From positions 1,271-65,270 of the forward strand of contig NIVC01003185.1 in assembly GCA_002269645.1 (NCBI GenBank): a stretch of DNA of 64,000 bases. Reading direction: 5' to 3'. The position numbers were made by a program, and so were the translations under genes. The notes beneath the pieces were generated by a model that saw only the letters and a list, made by a program, of their open reading frames with translations, had not been told where the DNA came from and ran no database searches. This document shows positions 1 to 18,516 of the stretch, piece by piece. This DNA is from Macrostomum lignano (taxonomy: Eukaryota). Within the stretch, counting starts at the first letter, position 1. The number at the start of each line of letters is the position of its first letter.

Positions 1-411
1 CTCCTGCACCACAGAAACTCAGCCTCTTCGCGGGGCTGCTGCCCAGCCGAAATTCTTTTTGGACGGCGACTCAGAGTCCCGGTGGTGACCAACTTCGAAC
101 AGGGTGACAGCGTGATCTATGCGCCAAGCAGCTCCTCAGTCGGCAACCCGGCAAAGTTCGTGATGACGGCAGGTCAAAACACGGCATGGATCCTCGCTGA
201 CGATGGGCTTCGCCTTGCAAGCACGAATCAACTTGCCCCAATGGCCACCCAGCCATCGGAATTCGAGATGGAGGACGAAGATGAGACTAACAGCGTGCCA
301 GAAACCGGAAACGAGCCAGTCGCAGGGATTCAGACACCCGTGCCTGAAGAAGCCGTTCAGCTGAGAAGGAGCCTCAGAAACCGATCCGCTCCTGAGCGCT
401 TTGTGCCTTAA
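1..411 (+). mobile_element. C-terminal end of LTR-retrotransposon (Ty3/Gypsy-like) pol/integrase, open at the window edge
   Basis: Frame 1 is open from base 1: LLHHRNSASSRGCCPAEILFGRRLR resembles the integrase C-terminal SPAELLFGRxLR motif, and the ORF ends in LRRSLRNRSAPERF, typical of Gypsy-like pol ends. Followed by a PPT and LTR. Confidence 0.8.
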
Positions 412-502
412 ACTGGTATCCGAGGAGGGTTGAAAAAAAAACGCGAAACTAATGAAACGACATGAAACGACTTCACTGTTCCAATTGACATCTTCTGAAT
501 AT

Positions 503-618
503 AGGGAGGGGCATGTGGTATATCGCACACTGAGATGCACTATAGTTTATATAAGTTCAAGTTCGTTATTCTATGCCGTTTGTTTGCACTAATCGCCTCT
601 AAGCATTCTATCGCTACA
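503..618 (+). mobile_element. Polypurine tract (503-511) and putative 3' LTR (514-618, TG...CA)
   Basis: AGGGAGGGG is followed 2 nt later by TGTGGTA..., ending ...ATCGCTACA, with imperfect terminal inverted repeats and a TATA-like TTTATATAAG inside. The 5' LTR is outside the window, so the right boundary is inferred. Confidence 0.65.
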
Positions 619-2734
619 GTTTCTTCTATGGTAATTAACCCAGCCCAAAGTTCCTAGAGCTCACCCTTCTGATCTCTTTCAAATAAGAAATATAAAGAAT
701 CTTAAGCTCATGAGTTAAATACTTCAGCCGGAGTTCAATTCACAACAGGCTTACCTAGGACTTGAAAGGACTTAAAAGCACCGGATTCTTATCAGTGCAA
801 ATTCTATCTAGCGCATTAGAATCCCAAAACCATCGGAAACCGAAATTGTTGTGAAATCATCCCACGATTCAGTCCCTAGCAGTGAAAGTAATGTAATTTT
901 ATTCCATAACTCCCTATTTAGTGAAGGCCCATTTATCTATTGTGAACCTAAACGGATATCAAAATTATCATAGTTTTGCATCACATGTTGCTATTCAGTC
1001 GCGTTGTGCATCAGTCGTGTTAGATACTTGTTGGCCCAACTGTTCGGGAACAAAGGAGAATTGGATAATAGTCCGTAAAGAACAGGTTAGAGTAAGAGAG
1101 CATGCAGATCGAAGCAGGTAAGTGGTTTCGAAGAATTAAAAGGTTCTAGTAGACGGTCAGAGCAGAGAATCTATATAATTATCTCTTTCTGACCACAAAA
1201 GCAGAGATAAATACACGAGCTGAAATGGAGTCGGATCTGCGGTTTGACAGTTAAAGCGGATAAAAATTTAAAACGCTTTGCATCCTCTAAGACAAAGTTG
1301 AAGTGTAATAACAAGCTTGCACTACGATTAGGTCTGCATGTGGAGGATTTTTAAAGCAAGCGACATGAATAGCAACTGACAAATGGATCATTAACTTTTT
1401 GCATCATCAAAGCGAAGGCAAAGCTTCGTAAACATGCGCAGTTTTATCTTTAACGTTTAATATTTTTTATCAAAAGTTCACAAACGTTTTTGTTGTATTC
1501 GTACTAAATTGTATGGTTTTTCAAAATCTTGAACAATAGCTTGGAAATATTGCAGTCACCATATTGCAGTGCATAAATGAAACGTGTTAGTAAAAGAATT
1601 ATATTGTGCGCTCTCGTACGCCTATATAGATACGTGTACTTATTGTAATCACGCCTTGGCATAGAAAATATTGATAACCATTTTAATTGTAATATTTATT
1701 AACTACTTATTCAGTAGGCTCATATCAGCATACAAACAAAGGTTCATATACAAGTACTGTACTATAATAATAGTTTTTCATGAGCTGCAGATACGACATG
1801 ACTTGTAGCTCGTATAGCTTTGTGTCAAGGGACATTAATCGTATTCTAAGTGCATATTTCGTACGTATTTCCTGAAGTACTTTTTACTGTTGCTTTTCTT
1901 TTGCTATAGAGCTGAAAATTGCTAAGTTCCTATGCCAACCGACAAAGTAGGTTTCGATTAAAAACAGCTTGCGGAGAGGGTTGAGGGAGCGGGACTAACG
2001 TATGGGGACACGGGTTAAACAGAAAAATCGATATTAAACCAGAGGGTGACTTAAAAGAAAGTTGGATCATAAAATCTATTAAAACAGTCACAGCCAGAAC
2101 AGCAATGTCAAACGGACGGGCGAATGTCTCTTTAAGGCTTTGTGTCATGATAGAGTCAAGATAATTTACGGCTAAACAACTACCTGCACGTGGCTTGTCT
2201 AAAAAGAGATAGAGCAGTGCTAGTAATTTTACGCGATACGCTCGTGTGCTTTGATTCTAAATTTACCCTTCAAGAAAGAAGTTTCTATAGCTAGTAGCTT
2301 TTCGTCCGTTGCTTTTAAGCCAAGGGGCAAAAACTGGGTCATCAATCAAGGATGGATGAAAGCGGAGTAGCAATTTTTGTTCTTTGCAAGAGCAGCTACA
2401 GCTACTAATAATTAACAACTGTGTAGACCTCTAGATGTTCCATGAAAACACCGTATTTCAATCGTAAATAACTCCTAAGTCGTAATGCTAAATGCTTTCA
2501 TAAAGTAACAATTGTGCACACATTTTGCATGCCGTGCTATTGCCAATTGTCAAGTTGATGTCGAATGACAAATACTTTTTAAAGTAAATAAAACTAGAAT
2601 TCTGTCTACGTCTAGAGTAAAAAAAGTTAATAACACCTTGACTTACTTGACTTAGCTGCAGGGCTGTCCCGGAGGGGACACAGCGGGAAGGCGCGGGCGC
2701 CCATTCCGCTAGTCCCTGAACGGCCGACGCGTCG

Positions 2735-5386
2735 CTATGGACGGAGGGTTGGCGCCGCCCAGGGAGGTCCCCCAGTGTCGCCAGCAGCTATGGTGCTCTC
2801 TGGAAAGGAGAGTTCAGCCCTGCGGGTGGCCCGAAGGTAGCGCATGAGCTGATTAAAGTTTTCGGGTTTGCACGCATCAGTAATAGATGTGTGTGGCCCG
2901 AGGTAAGTGAGTCTGGCCCGCGTGAAGGCGGGACAGATGCTGACGAAATGCTCAGCGGTTTCGTCACCTGAGTTGCAGAAACTACAGGTGGCGTTGGTGG
3001 CGTTGCCCTGCAGGTACTGGTGCCTGGAGAAGCAGCCGTGACCAGAGAGGGTCATGGTGGCAGCCCGGATGTCTCTGCGCGAGAGGCGCAAGAGGAGCTT
3101 CCGGAGCTGGTGAGAGGGCTGAGGGACAGCGCCTCTGGATTGCCTGCAGTTCGTGCGGTTCGCCCAAGTCGAGCGGTGCTGAGTCCTGATCCACGCTTTG
3201 ATGCGCGAGTCGATGACACAGCCAGGAATCGGGACAAGAGGTTCAGGGCCGAGAGAGGAGCCGGAGGCACCAACTTTTGCAAGGGTGTCAGCCAACTCAT
3301 TTCCTCGGATCCCCACATGCCCCGGAACCCACTTAAGGGTAATTTTGTTGGCGGAACCCAACACATTGAGGAGTTTGATACAGTCAAGGACTGTAGCAGA
3401 GTTGGTGCTGCAGCCACTGATGGCGTGCAAGGCAGCTTGGCTGTCCGAATGGAAAATGATGTTCTTACCAGTAACGCCAGTGGCGAGAAGCTCTGCAGTG
3501 CAGGAGCTGATGGCCAGAACTTCATTTTGGAAAACACTGGAGTTGACCCCAGTGTATTGAGCGTGGGTAGCGATGACCCTCCCGTTCAGAAAGATTCCAA
3601 CACCAAAGCCGGTGTTGGCTGACTGCTTAGAACCGTCGGTGTAGCAATGAAGCTCACCAGGGTTCCAATGGTCATTGATGTTATCGCGCGAGTCGATAGC
3701 TACGGAGTAGCGCTGTCTCAGGTTGAGCGTTGAGGCAATGCCATCGGTGAAGACGCGATTGGCCTGACACTCGTTGAGAAAGTTGAGGCACAGATCGCTA
3801 TGCGGGACAAGGTTCCGCTTAGCAGGTGCTCTCATGTAAATGAATTTGACGCCGGCATCAATTAGACGCCGCGTCGTTCTAGCCGCCTCACCCCTGATGA
3901 AGAGGTCAAGAGGCGGAAGATTAAGGAAGGCACCCATGCCAGCAAAGGGCGTGGACCTGGTGGCGTTGCAGATGAGCCTACACGCTCTGCCTTGGATCGT
4001 GTTGAGCAGGTCTGCATGGCTTTTGACCTGGGTAGCGCTAACCCAGACAACAGAGGCGTACGTAATGGCAGGTCTAACTACGGAAGTATAGATCCACCAA
4101 AGCCGCTTTGGGGATAGACCCCAAGAAGTGCCAAGTGCTCGTCGGAGCTGGGCCAGGATGGCTGAGGCACGCTTGGCTTTTGCTTTCACGTGGGAGGACC
4201 AGTTGAGCCGGTGGTCAAGTATGACCCCGAGACATCTGGTCTGGTGCGCGAAGGCAATATCTCTGCCGTAGAGCTGCAGAGGACGTATGTTCCAGCGTAG
4301 TCTGCTGGTAAACATAATGGCAACGGTTTTGGGCTCAGAGAGTTCCAGACCATTGTCATTGGCCCAGGATTCTGCTTTGCGGATAAAGCTCTGCATCAGA
4401 TCCCTGAGCGTGCTGGGAGACGGTCCTGCCACAATGGCCGTGACGTCATCAGCATACCCGACTTTGAAGACGGGGTCGGGTCGGGAGTCACTCAAAAGAG
4501 CGTCCATGACCAGGTTCCAGAGCGTCGGGGTGAGGACTCCGCCTTGGGGTCCACCCTTACAGACTCTGGTGGAGGCAGTTTGCCCAAGAAGTTGGGCAGT
4601 GACCGTACGGTTGGAGATCATGTACATGATCCACCGTATGAGGGTAGCATGAGCTTTGCGATTTTGAAGGGCCCTCTGAAACGCTTCAAAGATAACGTTG
4701 TCGAAGGCGCCAACAATGTCAAGAAAGAGAGCCAGAGCGTAACCGTCACCCAGTACCGCCCTTTCAATCATCTCGACAATCGCATGCAGGGCGCTGTCAG
4801 TCGACCTCCCGGTACGGAAGGCGTGCTGATTATTGCTGAGGGGCATCGCTGTCAGCTCGCAGGACAGCAGCCGCCAGAGAATAAGCCTCTCAGTGAGCTT
4901 AAGCATTGCTGACGTTAAGCTAATAGGCCGGAAGGCCTTGACGCTTTGGTAGTCACCCTTCCCAGGTTTGGGAATAAAGACTACCCGAGCTTCAGTCCAG
5001 CATTTGGGAACGTATCCCAGCTGGATAGAGGCCCGCATAAGATTGCGGGTGAGTCTCAGGAACGAGGGTATCTTGGCTGCTTCACGAAGGAGAACAGGGT
5101 AGATACCATCAGGTCCAGGAGATTTGAAGGGTTTGAAGGTTCTGACCGCACGAGCGATTAAGTCTTCAGTGACAATGCCCGCCGCTAGGGTGGCTCCATC
5201 CATCGAATGGTTGGGCTCCGGTCTAGCAGTAGGTACCCTCGGGAAGAATGTGCTAAGCATATGCTGAAGCACTTCTTCAGGGTCTTTAGTAAGAGAGCCA
5301 TCATCTTTTTTGATCATGGCTAATTTGGACATTTTGTCCATTGTAAGGGCCTTGACAAGCCTAGAAGTAGGTCTGTCTTGATCCAA
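2735..5386 (-). pseudogene. LINE ORF2 C-terminal part: reverse transcriptase, RNase H and CCHC-type knuckle
   Basis: RT motifs KSPGPDG, FRPISL, LDIVGAFD, GGPQGGVL and YADD. RNase H motifs YTDGS, E, SDSQAA and WVPGHVGIRGNELAD. Knuckle CSFC...H....C. Confidence 0.95.
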
Positions 5387-6474
5387 TTCATTGCAGAATT
5401 GGCGCCACTTACATTCCTTGGCCTTCGCACTTCAGATTTGAAATTGCGGGAGGCTTGCCGGAAAAGCTCCATGTCCTCCGGGTTTCCGGTCTTCATGGCA
5501 CGGCGATGAAGGCTTTTGGCCTTCCGCCTGAGTTTCCCCAGCTCCGGGTTCCACCACGGCGCCGAGGTCTTGCCTTTGTAGGCGCGAGCAGGACAAGCCG
5601 CTTCGTAGGCTTCAATAATGCAACCTGTCAGCGTCTCAGCCATTTGATCCACATCCTCGCAGGTCTCAATCGGGCGTAAGTCCGTGAGTTCCTGCAGGTG
5701 CAGATCAAGGGCAGCCTTGTAGGCCGCCCAATCAGTGTTGCGGATATTGCGTCTCCAAGTGATCGGAGACTGGGTTTTAGTGTCCGCGATGTTAAAGGCG
5801 ATAAAGCAGTGGTCAGACAGGGAGGGCTCCTCAGACCAGACTCTCCACTCCTCAACTCTGTCAAAGAGTCTTGGGGTAACGAGTGTGGCGTCGAGGACCT
5901 CGGTCCATCTGCCATTATTAAAGGTAGGAGTGCTGCCGCGGTTGCAGAGCATGAGGTTTGTGTTAGAGATGAGGGCCAGAAGCTCCTCTCCTCTAGTGTT
6001 GGTATCTTTGCTGCCCCAGTGCTTGTGGTGCGCGTTGAGGTCGCCCCCTAAGCACAGCTCAGCGTTCTGGGACTCGCAGTACTGCGCGAGGCGCAGTAAA
6101 CTCTCAGGAGCAGGGTCTCTGTCGCCTGGGATATAAACCGAGGCAACAAGATGCGTACGCGGAGAGAAATGATTAGATTGGATGACGCAAAGGTCTCCAT
6201 CAGAGAGATCAGTCCTCAGCCAAGCCTGGAGATGGCTAGCAGCGAGGATAGCCGCTCTAGGGTGGCTGTTCCCCGGGCCACACACATAAAAATCAGAGTA
6301 GCCAGAGGGAATGTTGGGCAACTTACCGTTGCGCATCCAGGGTTCCTGGATCAGGATGAGGCCTGGCCTGTACAGCTCAGCAATCTTCATCAGATTTACT
6401 GACGCAGATACGCAATGCTGTAAATTAATTTGCAGACAGAATGTCGCTCCTTTGGCAGCGTGGAGCTTAGTCAT
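5320..6474 (-). pseudogene. LINE ORF2 N-terminal part: apurinic-like endonuclease, frameshifted at about 5422-5425
   Basis: Motifs QINLQH, IQEP, GGDLNAHHKHWGS, LDATL and SDH are present. Adding 1 nt in CGAAGGCC restores VR(R/K)AKECKWRQFCNELDQDRP into the downstream ORF. Confidence 0.9.
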
Positions 6475-7261
6475 ACTGTATTAAATGCAATTTCTGGCTA
6501 GAGCCCAGGGCCATCAAGGAGACTTGGACAACAGATCGTCCTCGTCCCAGGCCGCTGGGGCTTGACTGGGAGATGGGAGTTGGTCGACGTCCATGGCCTC
6601 CTCACCCCCACCGGCCCCCCAGCAGAGTCCTCAGGCTCCGATGACAGGATGGAGGAAGCTTCCTCACCTGCATCTTTACCTTCAGACCCCACCAGGGTGG
6701 CCGAGGAGAGCTCGGATTCCGAAGACCCGGCCTCGTCCTCAACTCCTTCTCCGACTGGCAGGTTTGGTTCCCGGGGCTTGGCCGGAGCCGTTACCGCGGT
6801 CGCCGAACTGCTGCTAGCAGAGGGGCGAGATGCAGCTTTGGCTTTGGGATCGGCTTGCGCCTTTCCTTGGGCCTTAGACTGCGCCCCGCTCTTGCCGGAG
6901 ATGCCGGGGTTGGCAGTAGCCTTCCCTTTGGCATAACACCATTCATAATTACAATTGAAAGCGACACCCCTATTTCTAATTACTAACGACTTCTTTTGGA
7001 TTATATATGATATTTTGCCTACTGCAGTATGGTTCTTTGTTCTTCATTGACTTTTTGGTAGGCGAGGTGACGATGCCGAATCAAGAGTGCTTTACTGATT
7101 ATGAAGAGAACAACCCTTTAAGAATCATTTAAAACATCGGCCGTCGTGTAAGCTGATGACTGTTTTTCCAAGTACGATGAAAAAGAAAATTAAGTAGTTA
7201 TGAGGATATTTCCGAATACATACTTGTTGATAAAGTCAATGTAAAATAATAAACAAATGTT

Positions 7262-7800
7262 TCTCATAAAGTACTCTCAAGATGCATCAATGTACTTCCT
7301 CATCATTTCAAATCAACATACCTGCTACCCAACTCCGACTGATGGATGTCAAACAGGATGCTGAAGAATGCCTCAACAGCCAGTTCTGGTGACTCAAATC
7401 GAACTCCCTTGAGCATACACAAGGCAAGACAAAGTCGCAAAGGGCTAGGTCAGGGATGTGAAGGTGGATGCTGAAGCAGCTGGACGCGGTTCTGCTCCAT
7501 GAACTCAATATTTTGTCGGGCTGTGTGTGCCCTGATGTTGCGTCTTTAGGCGCCTCTCACTAATAACAGGTTGCCGCACTTGAGGCATGCTCACAGTCCA
7601 ATGCTAGTTGACAACCTCTGTGCGCTGTGTTACCAACGGAATAACTGCCAGTGGACCGCTACGAGCCACGAAAACAGCCACCGTCTGCTTGGCCACGCTT
7701 CGTGACTGGACCAATTTTGAAGGTGGGCTGCCTACTTTTGGGGTCGAAGCTGTACACCAAAGCCTCGGCTCCGCCGACGACCAGATGTCACACGTCACAA
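7262..7800 (-). mobile_element. Degenerate mariner (Tc1/mariner) transposase relic
   Basis: Pieces across several frames: VVGGAEALVYSFDP (VTGDETW-like), SRSVAKQTVAVF, NIRAHTA (HDNARPH-like), LLQHPP/PDLALCDF (HPPYSPDLAPCDF-like), LKGVRF and YIDAS*EYF (CIxxxGEYF-like). Multiple stops and frameshifts. Confidence 0.8.
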
Positions 7801-8397
7801 CAAAGAGTCAGTGATGTTTCCAGCCTAACTCAGGACTGTAATAGGAAATTAAAATCCGCTTTTTTCCAGCTGCAGGACCTTGTAGGAAACAATGACGTTA
7901 TAATAACAAACCCTAGAGTAAAAACGGATTAATTAAAACGCAGGTGAAGCGGAAATATGAAAGGATAAAGAGACGAATCAATTATTGGAATCTGCACAGC
8001 TAGAACCCTAATGCTGTGCAGTCCGACTGCGTTTTTATAGACAGCGAATTTGCATGCACGAATACAATTAAAAGTGGAAATATTACTTTTCTAAGTGTAT
8101 TCCTTCCAAAGCGCTTCGTTCTTTATGCTATTGATAAGTACAACAGGCTGTACATGTGTTGAATAAAAGCTGCACTACAATAAAGACTGACTGTACATGT
8201 GTTTACTAGAAACTGTACCATGACTGCGTATGTAAAACATCCTGGGGAGAACTACTGAAGTCTCAAGGCTCACGGGGGGAATTGCTGAGATGTCAAGGTC
8301 AAGGCCAGAAGCTACATGTAGTTTATAAAAAATTTTTTATATTTTTCTTGGCTCCCTCACGGGGGCACTGATTGCTAGTGTGTTTACTAGAAATTTA

Positions 8398-9022
8398 GAA
8401 ACTGCACTACAATATAGACTGACTGTACGTGTGTTTAATAGAAACTGCACTACAATATAGACTGACTGTAAATGTGTTTAATTGAAACTGCACTACAAAA
8501 TAGACTGACTGTACATGTGTTTAATTGAAACTGCACTACAATATAGACTGACTGTAAATGTGTTTAATTGAAACTGCACTACAAAATAGACTGACTGTAC
8601 ATGTGTTTAATTGAAACTGCACTACAATATAGACTGACTTTAAATGTGTTTAATAGAAACTGCACTACAATATAGACTGAATGTAAATGTGTTTAATAGA
8701 AACTGCACTACAAAATAGACTGACTGTACATGTGTTTAATAGAAACTGCACTACAAAATAGACTGACTGTACATGTGTTTAATTGAAACTGCACTACAAT
8801 ATAGACTGACTTTAAATGTGTTTAATAGAAACTGCACTACAATATAGACTGACTGTAAATGTGTTTAATAGAAACTGCACTACAAAATAGACTGACTGTA
8901 CATGTGTTTAATAGAAACTGCACTACAATATAGACTGACTGTACATGTGTTTAATAGAAACTGCACTACAGTATAGACTGACTGTACGTGTTTAATAGAA
9001 ACTGGACTACAATATACACTGA
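8398..9022. repeat. Minisatellite, 43-bp unit AAACTGCACTACAATATAGACTGACTGTACATGTGTTTAATAG, about 14 copies
   Basis: Period 43 measured directly (8401 and 8444). A partial diverged copy lies at about 8165-8215. Confidence 0.95.
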
Positions 9023-10071
9023 CTTACTTTAACCAGGCGCCGACAAACGGATTACATGCAGACGTACTGTCGATCCTAAAAAATGTTTACAAAAAATATT
9101 ATCAGTGCTGTAATGTCAATTTTACAATAAAAAGTACTGCAAGTACTATGTACGGTTTAAAAAATCAGATTTGTCTATTGAATCAATATCTTCAAGTCTG
9201 TAAAATCAGACAGTACGAATACAATCAGACATCATGTCAAGCAGCTTTTAAAATATCATGTAATAACTTTATCTTAGTCTTAAGAAAGAGACATGACAAA
9301 TTATTGATACTCACAGGCATTTTGAATTGATTGTTCACCGCTTTTAATGTTGAACTAAAATAGTGATAATGAAAGGGGTGGAAAATGGTAAAGTTAACCG
9401 CTTGACAACCAGCTGCTTTTTTAATCGTCTATGTAAATATTCTTTCTTACACAATAGTCAGTAGCATATTAGCTTTGTACTCAGCACGAAAAACTCAGAC
9501 AGTACGAATACCAGACATCATTTAAAAAAGCTAATTTAATTAGGACAAAAAATTTCGTTGAACTCACCATTTCAAGATTTAGACAAGTCCGGCCGGTAGC
9601 TCGAAATTCTACAAAAATAGACTTTCTTAACAACCTACTTATAGTACGAGCGTAAAAAGCAGAAAATAATAATAATAGAAGACAACGATGCGTTAATAAA
9701 ATTAAGCTATAAAGAAGTGACTTTTTAATTCAGCGAAGTAAGTTAACAACGCTAATGTATTTTAATTTACACGCTCGGTTTTTTATTTAATCTATATCTA
9801 TTTCACTGCACAAATGATGTTACTTTACTGCAGTAATCCAACACATTTTTCTAACAAGGGAGAAGGCTCAATTAGTAGACGTATAGAAACTAAAACAGGA
9901 TTTGTAAATACACATTAATATGAAACGTATGCAAGCTTATTAATTACTGATTTAAATAATAGATCAGTCAACTTGTTTTTCTAACAGGCGTGCTAAATAC
10001 CTCTCAGATGTCTTTCAGTTAATTGTCACTAAATTCAACGGGAAATATGAATTTTAATGTAGCTAGAAATG

Positions 10072-17353
<7,282 letters not shown>

Positions 17354-18516
17354 TTTTTATGTGAGTATGCACGTGTGTCAGTTTGATAGAGGACCACCAC
17401 AGTTTAAACGAGACTTACGAGTTTTGAGAGCTGGCTGGCTGAGCTCACTGTTTTAAATAAATGAACGCTTTTCAAAATTATATAAGCAGTTAAACAAAGA
17501 TTTTCTGTTTTTACATAGTATGGGTGTAAATAACTATTTATTAATAATTTTGTTAAACAAAAACAAAAACTTTTACACTGTGCTAAGTTAATTTTTGATA
17601 AATGTTTAAGACTTGAAGCATTGTCTTTGCTTTTTAACATTAAAATTCCTTTCCATTTTACATCTCAGACATTCACTACCTATTAACTTGAATGATTCCC
17701 TATAACTGCACTTCAGTGACAGTGTGTACTTACTAGTTACGCAAATAGCATTGATTAACTTAGGGATGGGCTTACAAGTACATTATTATTCATTTATATA
17801 GTCAAGGTTCTAGGTACAGATATAGATAGAGTAGAAGTAATTGATTGATAATAATAAACAAATAAAAATTATATATTTATCTTTTCTTAGTAGTACAAAA
17901 CTATCTGTCTATCTGTCTTAGGTTAAAATTTAGTTGCATGAATTAGACTCTTTACTCAAAGCAACAAATTAGTCACATGGTCATGAATATAGCTAAATAT
18001 ATGTATTAGCGTATCTGTATAATATGTAAGCGATGCGCTTTTGCTGATATTTACAGATAGGAAGAGGACAAAATAACTGATTACTGTAAAGTTATGGAAT
18101 CATTAACATTAAATCAGGCTTGATATTTTTTCATCCAGAAATAGCTCTAAACAATGATCCGTATATCAGAAAAAACAAAAATTTCCTATTTGCGATACTT
18201 TAGCTACTTTAATCGTTGTTTATTAAAAGTAATAAGTATGTGATTTTTTTATGGTTTCCAAAAAGGACACATTGGCTACTTCAGAGTTGGTCTCAGAATA
18301 AAATCGCTTTAGTAATGTCAATTATTATTAATTAAACACGGGATAAACAGCAAGTAAGTTCCGTCTGTCTGAGGCTGTCGTCAAATCCTTTTTAGCAGAC
18401 AAATGCAAGATAAGTGCTTACACAGACTCAAGAAAAAATACTCAATAGCAGCATCTGAACGATATAAAATAAACTTCGTCACTTCAGCTCGACAGTGTAG
18501 TTGACAAAAATCAAGA
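17354..18516. promoter_or_regulatory. Divergent (head-to-head) NDUFAB1/IFT172 upstream region, probable bidirectional promoter
   Basis: 1163 bp separate the two oppositely oriented ATGs. No specific motif is confidently identified. Confidence 0.5.

Larger units (their letters stand above)
2638..6932 (-). mobile_element. Non-LTR retrotransposon, LOA/R1-group-like, 5'-truncated within ORF1, flanked by an 8-bp TSD
   Basis: ATAACACC occurs at 2630-2637 and 6933-6940. The 3' tail is TAAGTCAAG-TAAGTCAA. It carries an ORF1 C-terminal remnant (about 6510-6932) and ORF2 with APE, RT, RNase H and a zinc knuckle. Confidence 0.92.

Noticed and set aside
900-2600. Short ORFs such as 1930-2148 (-)
   Set aside because: No recognisable domain or consistent splice structure.
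2638-2735. Hammerhead or HDV ribozyme in the LINE 3' UTR
   Set aside because: No CUGANGA/GAAA core and no nested double pseudoknot is visible.
5410-5430. Programmed ribosomal frameshift between endonuclease and RT
   Set aside because: No slippery heptamer is present, and LINE ORF2 is normally a single frame. A 1-nt deletion or sequencing error is simpler.
3020-6136. Plus-strand ORFs of 100-200 aa overlapping the LINE
   Set aside because: They are antisense shadows of a GC-rich coding strand with no recognisable motifs.
17413-17418. Minus-strand GTAAGT donor 60 nt upstream of the NDUFAB1 ATG
   Set aside because: There is no AG acceptor between it and the ATG, so it cannot form a simple 5' UTR intron.
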